Shown here piece after piece: positions 42,061 to 43,788 of a stretch of DNA of 43,788 nucleotides. The stretch comes from a virus. Each line of letters begins with the position of its first letter. The stretch's first letter is position 1. The notes beneath the pieces are model-generated. The model worked only from the letters and a program-made list of their open reading frames with translations, had not been told where the DNA came from and did no database searches. Both the position numbers and the translations under genes were made by a program. The stretch lies in IMG/VR virus record IMGVR_UViG_3300045988_075868. One strand, written 5' to 3'.

Positions 42061-42318
42061 ATGCGATTGTTAACATGGAATGGAAAGTGCAACTGTTGTG
42101 GTGAAAGGGTCCGCCTTGCTCGGGAAAAGGCGGGATTATCACAAGAGAAACTGGCCGCTATAATCCAGCTTAATGGGCATGGTCTTACACAGAAGGCAAT
42201 CAGCCGAATTGAAACAGGGGAGCGCATCGTTCCCGATTTTGAGATTCCGCTTCTCGCAACTGCGTTGAATGTAGATCCACTATGGTTGTTAGGTATAACA
42301 GAATGTAATAGAGAGTAG
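42061..42318 (+). CDS. XRE-family HTH regulator
   Basis: GERVRLAREKAGLSQEKLAAII...TQKAISRIETGER. A hairpin follows at about 42322-42350. The start and promoter are unclear. Confidence 0.65.
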   Translation: MRLLTWNGKCNCCGERVRLAREKAGLSQEKLAAIIQLNGHGLTQKAISRIETGERIVPDFEIPLLATALNVDPLWLLGITECNRE

Positions 42319-42429
42319 AGAAAGGCCAGGGATCACGCCTTGGCCTCATTGGTAAATATCGATCATAATTGAAGGAAACGGGGCTGTCAGGGCTCCTTCA
42401 AAAATTTTATATAGAACATTCGTTTGTTA

Positions 42430-42458
42430 TTGTCAATCCTCACATTCGCTGATATAAT
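42430..42458 (+). promoter_or_regulatory. Promoter (TTGTCA-17-TATAAT) for the Panacea operon
   Basis: Canonical spacing, followed by GAAAGGAGGG and ATG 42485. Confidence 0.6.
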
Positions 42459-42484
42459 ATATTATAGAAAGGAGGGTCTAGAGC

Positions 42485-42955
42485 ATGCCAATGTCAGCGA
42501 CCGTTGTTTGCAACAATATTTTGAAGCGCGCATTTTCAGAAAGTGTTGCTGTTTCTCCCATGAAATTACAGAAATTACTGTATTTTGTAAGCTGTGAATA
42601 TGTCAAGGCTACTGGTAACGATCTTTTTTCGGAAGATTTTGGCGTGTGGCAGTATGGCCCCGTTCTCCCTACCGTATATGATGAGTTTAAATCCTTTAAG
42701 AGCACTCCCATCAATAAATATTCTACAGATGCAAACGGTATAGCGTATGCCATTGATGAAGATAGTGCTCCAAATCTAAAAACTGCTATTGTTCGAATTT
42801 GGAACAGTTTCAAGTTTTTTGACGGAGTGACATTATCAAAAATTACACACAAAGATGGCTCTGGCTGGTCAAACGCATTTTGCCAACATCGCTCCAAAAT
42901 TACAACTGAGGATATGAGGTCGGATAATACATATGGGGAATATCTGCTCACCTAA
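42485..42955 (+). CDS. Panacea-domain (DUF4065, SocA/GepA-like) antitoxin-type protein
   Basis: SPMKLQKLLYFVSCEYVKATGNDLFSEDFGVWQYGPVLPTVYDEFK matches the DUF4065 core (LQKLLYy...g.pLf.e.feAW.yGPV.p.vY). Confidence 0.75.
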   Translation: MPMSATVVCNNILKRAFSESVAVSPMKLQKLLYFVSCEYVKATGNDLFSEDFGVWQYGPVLPTVYDEFKSFKSTPINKYSTDANGIAYAIDEDSAPNLKTAIVRIWNSFKFFDGVTLSKITHKDGSGWSNAFCQHRSKITTEDMRSDNTYGEYLLT

Positions 42956-43271
42956 TACAAATAAAAAGCCAGAAATTATCTCAGAAATTGATGCGCCTTT
43001 TCCTCCGGTCAATCAACCTCTGCAAACATCTGAAGATGTTCCGAACTTAATTAAACTCAAAAATCAACAACACAGTCATGCAGTCGAAGACCTGAAAAAT
43101 ACCGTTGGGAAAAAATTGCTATATGGGTGTCTAATTGCAATCGCGGTCTTTGCTCTTATTGACGCAAAGTTCCATGTTGATTCCCCGATGTTTACCAGTG
43201 CATTTGAAGTCGCAAAAATTGTTGCAACTACTGTTCTCGGATATCTATTTGGTAGTAAAACAAAATCTTGA
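42933..43271 (+). CDS. Small protein with two TM helices; candidate toxin partner of the Panacea protein
   Basis: Overlaps the upstream gene by 23 nt. Hydrophilic N-terminal 60 aa, then LLYGCLIAIAVFALI and AKIVATTVLGYLFG. No family recognised. Confidence 0.55.
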   Translation: MGNICSPNTNKKPEIISEIDAPFPPVNQPLQTSEDVPNLIKLKNQQHSHAVEDLKNTVGKKLLYGCLIAIAVFALIDAKFHVDSPMFTSAFEVAKIVATTVLGYLFGSKTKS

Positions 43272-43278
43272 CATAGAT

Positions 43279-43316
43279 AACTCCCACCACCCGTCCCGGT
43301 AGTGGGAGTTGTTTTT
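43279..43316. terminator. Intrinsic terminator (AACTCCCAC...GTGGGAGTT followed by GTTTTT)
   Basis: 9-bp outer stem with an inner CCG/CGG pairing and a T5 tract on the plus strand. Confidence 0.7.
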
Positions 43317-43339
43317 GTCGCCAAAATCGAAAATATAGA

Positions 43340-43368
43340 CGGTTCATCCCCACGCATGTGGGGTTTAC
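43340..43368 (-). CRISPR. Solitary type I-E-like CRISPR repeat unit (no array)
   Basis: The minus strand reads GTAAACCCCACATGCGTGGGGATGAACCG. It has 29 nt in a 5+6+4+6+8 layout, identical to that of the E. coli I-E repeat GAGTTCCCCGCGCCAGCGGGGATAAACCG. The 3' handle is ATGAACCG versus ATAAACCG. Only one copy is present. Confidence 0.6.
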
Positions 43369-43401
43369 GTCTCTGCGTGGGCTAGGTGTTAATATACACC
43401 A

Positions 43402-43620
43402 TTAAATCACCTCTCCAGTGTCATTCATAGTGAATGAGGCGGTATAAGTGCAGTTTAATGCTTCCGCTATTGCCCGTAAATCTTTTTCAGTAAAATTGTC
43501 ACGGCTTACCTTATTGGATAAGTTTTGTCGGGATTGTCCAGTTTTTTCCGCCAATTCTCCCAATGTCATATTCCTACGTCCAAGGACTACTTTAATCTTT
43601 TCCCCCATACTTAATGTCAT
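43402..43620 (-). CDS. XRE-family HTH protein (Aca-like position upstream of the solitary repeat)
   Basis: NMTLGELAEKTGQSRQNLSNKVSRDN. AAAGGAGG lies 8 nt before the ATG. Confidence 0.75.
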   Translation of the reverse strand: MTLSMGEKIKVVLGRRNMTLGELAEKTGQSRQNLSNKVSRDNFTEKDLRAIAEALNCTYTASFTMNDTGEVI

Positions 43621-43646
43621 ATTTGATTCCTCCTTTTTATAAGCTT

Positions 43647-43675
43647 ATTATACACTATAAAATGTAAATCGTCAA
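43647..43675 (-). promoter_or_regulatory. Promoter (TTGACG-17-TATAAT, TG-extended) for the HTH gene and solitary repeat transcript
   Basis: Reverse complement of 43670-43675 is TTGACG and of 43647-43652 is TATAAT. Confidence 0.6.
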
Positions 43676-43689
43676 TATTAAATATAAAA

Positions 43690-43788
43690 ATAAACAAAAA
43701 AGTGGATAAATAGTATTGACAAGCGAAACGAAATAGTGTATTATAGTATCAGAAAGGAGGTGAAACACCAGTGAGCAAACAAAAAAAG
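43690..43788 (+). repeat. 99-bp terminal direct repeat, identical to 1..99
   Basis: See 1..99. It contains the duplicate promoter and the first 6 codons of the 82..198 gene. Confidence 0.95.

Larger units (their letters stand above)
1..43788. mobile_element. Complete temperate siphovirus-type phage genome, circularly closed (unique length 43,689 bp)
   Basis: Full set of modules is present: integrase, CI/Cro switch, replication, terS/terL, portal, capsid, tape measure, tail fibres, holin/amidase. The two ends are identical over 99 nt. Confidence 0.85.

Noticed and set aside
42478-42951. 157-aa minus-strand ORF
   Set aside because: It is antisense to the Panacea-domain gene, which has clear family motifs, a promoter and an SD. 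The antisense frame has none.

Overview
The window is a complete temperate siphovirus-type phage genome, or a circularised prophage. The host is Gram-positive and probably a spore-forming member of the Clostridia. Nt 1-99 are identical to nt 43690-43788, which is the overlap signature of a circular contig, so the unique length is 43,689 bp.

Gene order:
- Nearly everything from 486 to 36466 is on the minus strand. Reading in the direction of transcription: a cro-like switch gene (36466), then early genes (Hfq, AAA_24 ATPase, DUF669-type SSB, ERCC4 nuclease, replication organiser, primase-helicase, C5 DNA methyltransferase, Lar-like protein, radical SAM protein, HNH, GNAT, YopX, two HTH proteins).
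- A 733-bp GC-rich region with no credible gene follows (21444-22176).
- Then the late operon: terS, terL, portal, head genes, tail genes, tape measure, tail fibres, and the lysis cassette (XhlA-like, holin, amidase).
- The plus strand carries the lysogeny module (CI/LexA-like repressor, integrase) and a set of low-GC genes with their own promoters.
- attP lies at about 41035-41107 and carries the 3' end of a tRNA gene.

Most notable observations:
1. The 733-bp structured non-coding region has an embedded tRNA-like cloverleaf, making it a candidate large ornate RNA.
2. A solitary type I-E-like CRISPR repeat sits directly behind a small HTH gene, a candidate RNA anti-CRISPR with an Aca-like regulator.
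3. A Panacea (DUF4065) antitoxin-like gene overlaps a small two-TM protein gene.
4. A type I toxin-antitoxin-like module (28-aa hydrophobic peptide plus convergent antisense transcript) is inserted between holin and endolysin.
5. A stand-alone Spo0A C-terminal effector domain is encoded.
6. The phage encodes an Hfq.
7. A C-type-lectin/FGE-fold tail fibre has a DGR-style C-terminal segment, but I found no reverse transcriptase or template repeat.

All functional calls come from reading motifs by eye. No database search was run.
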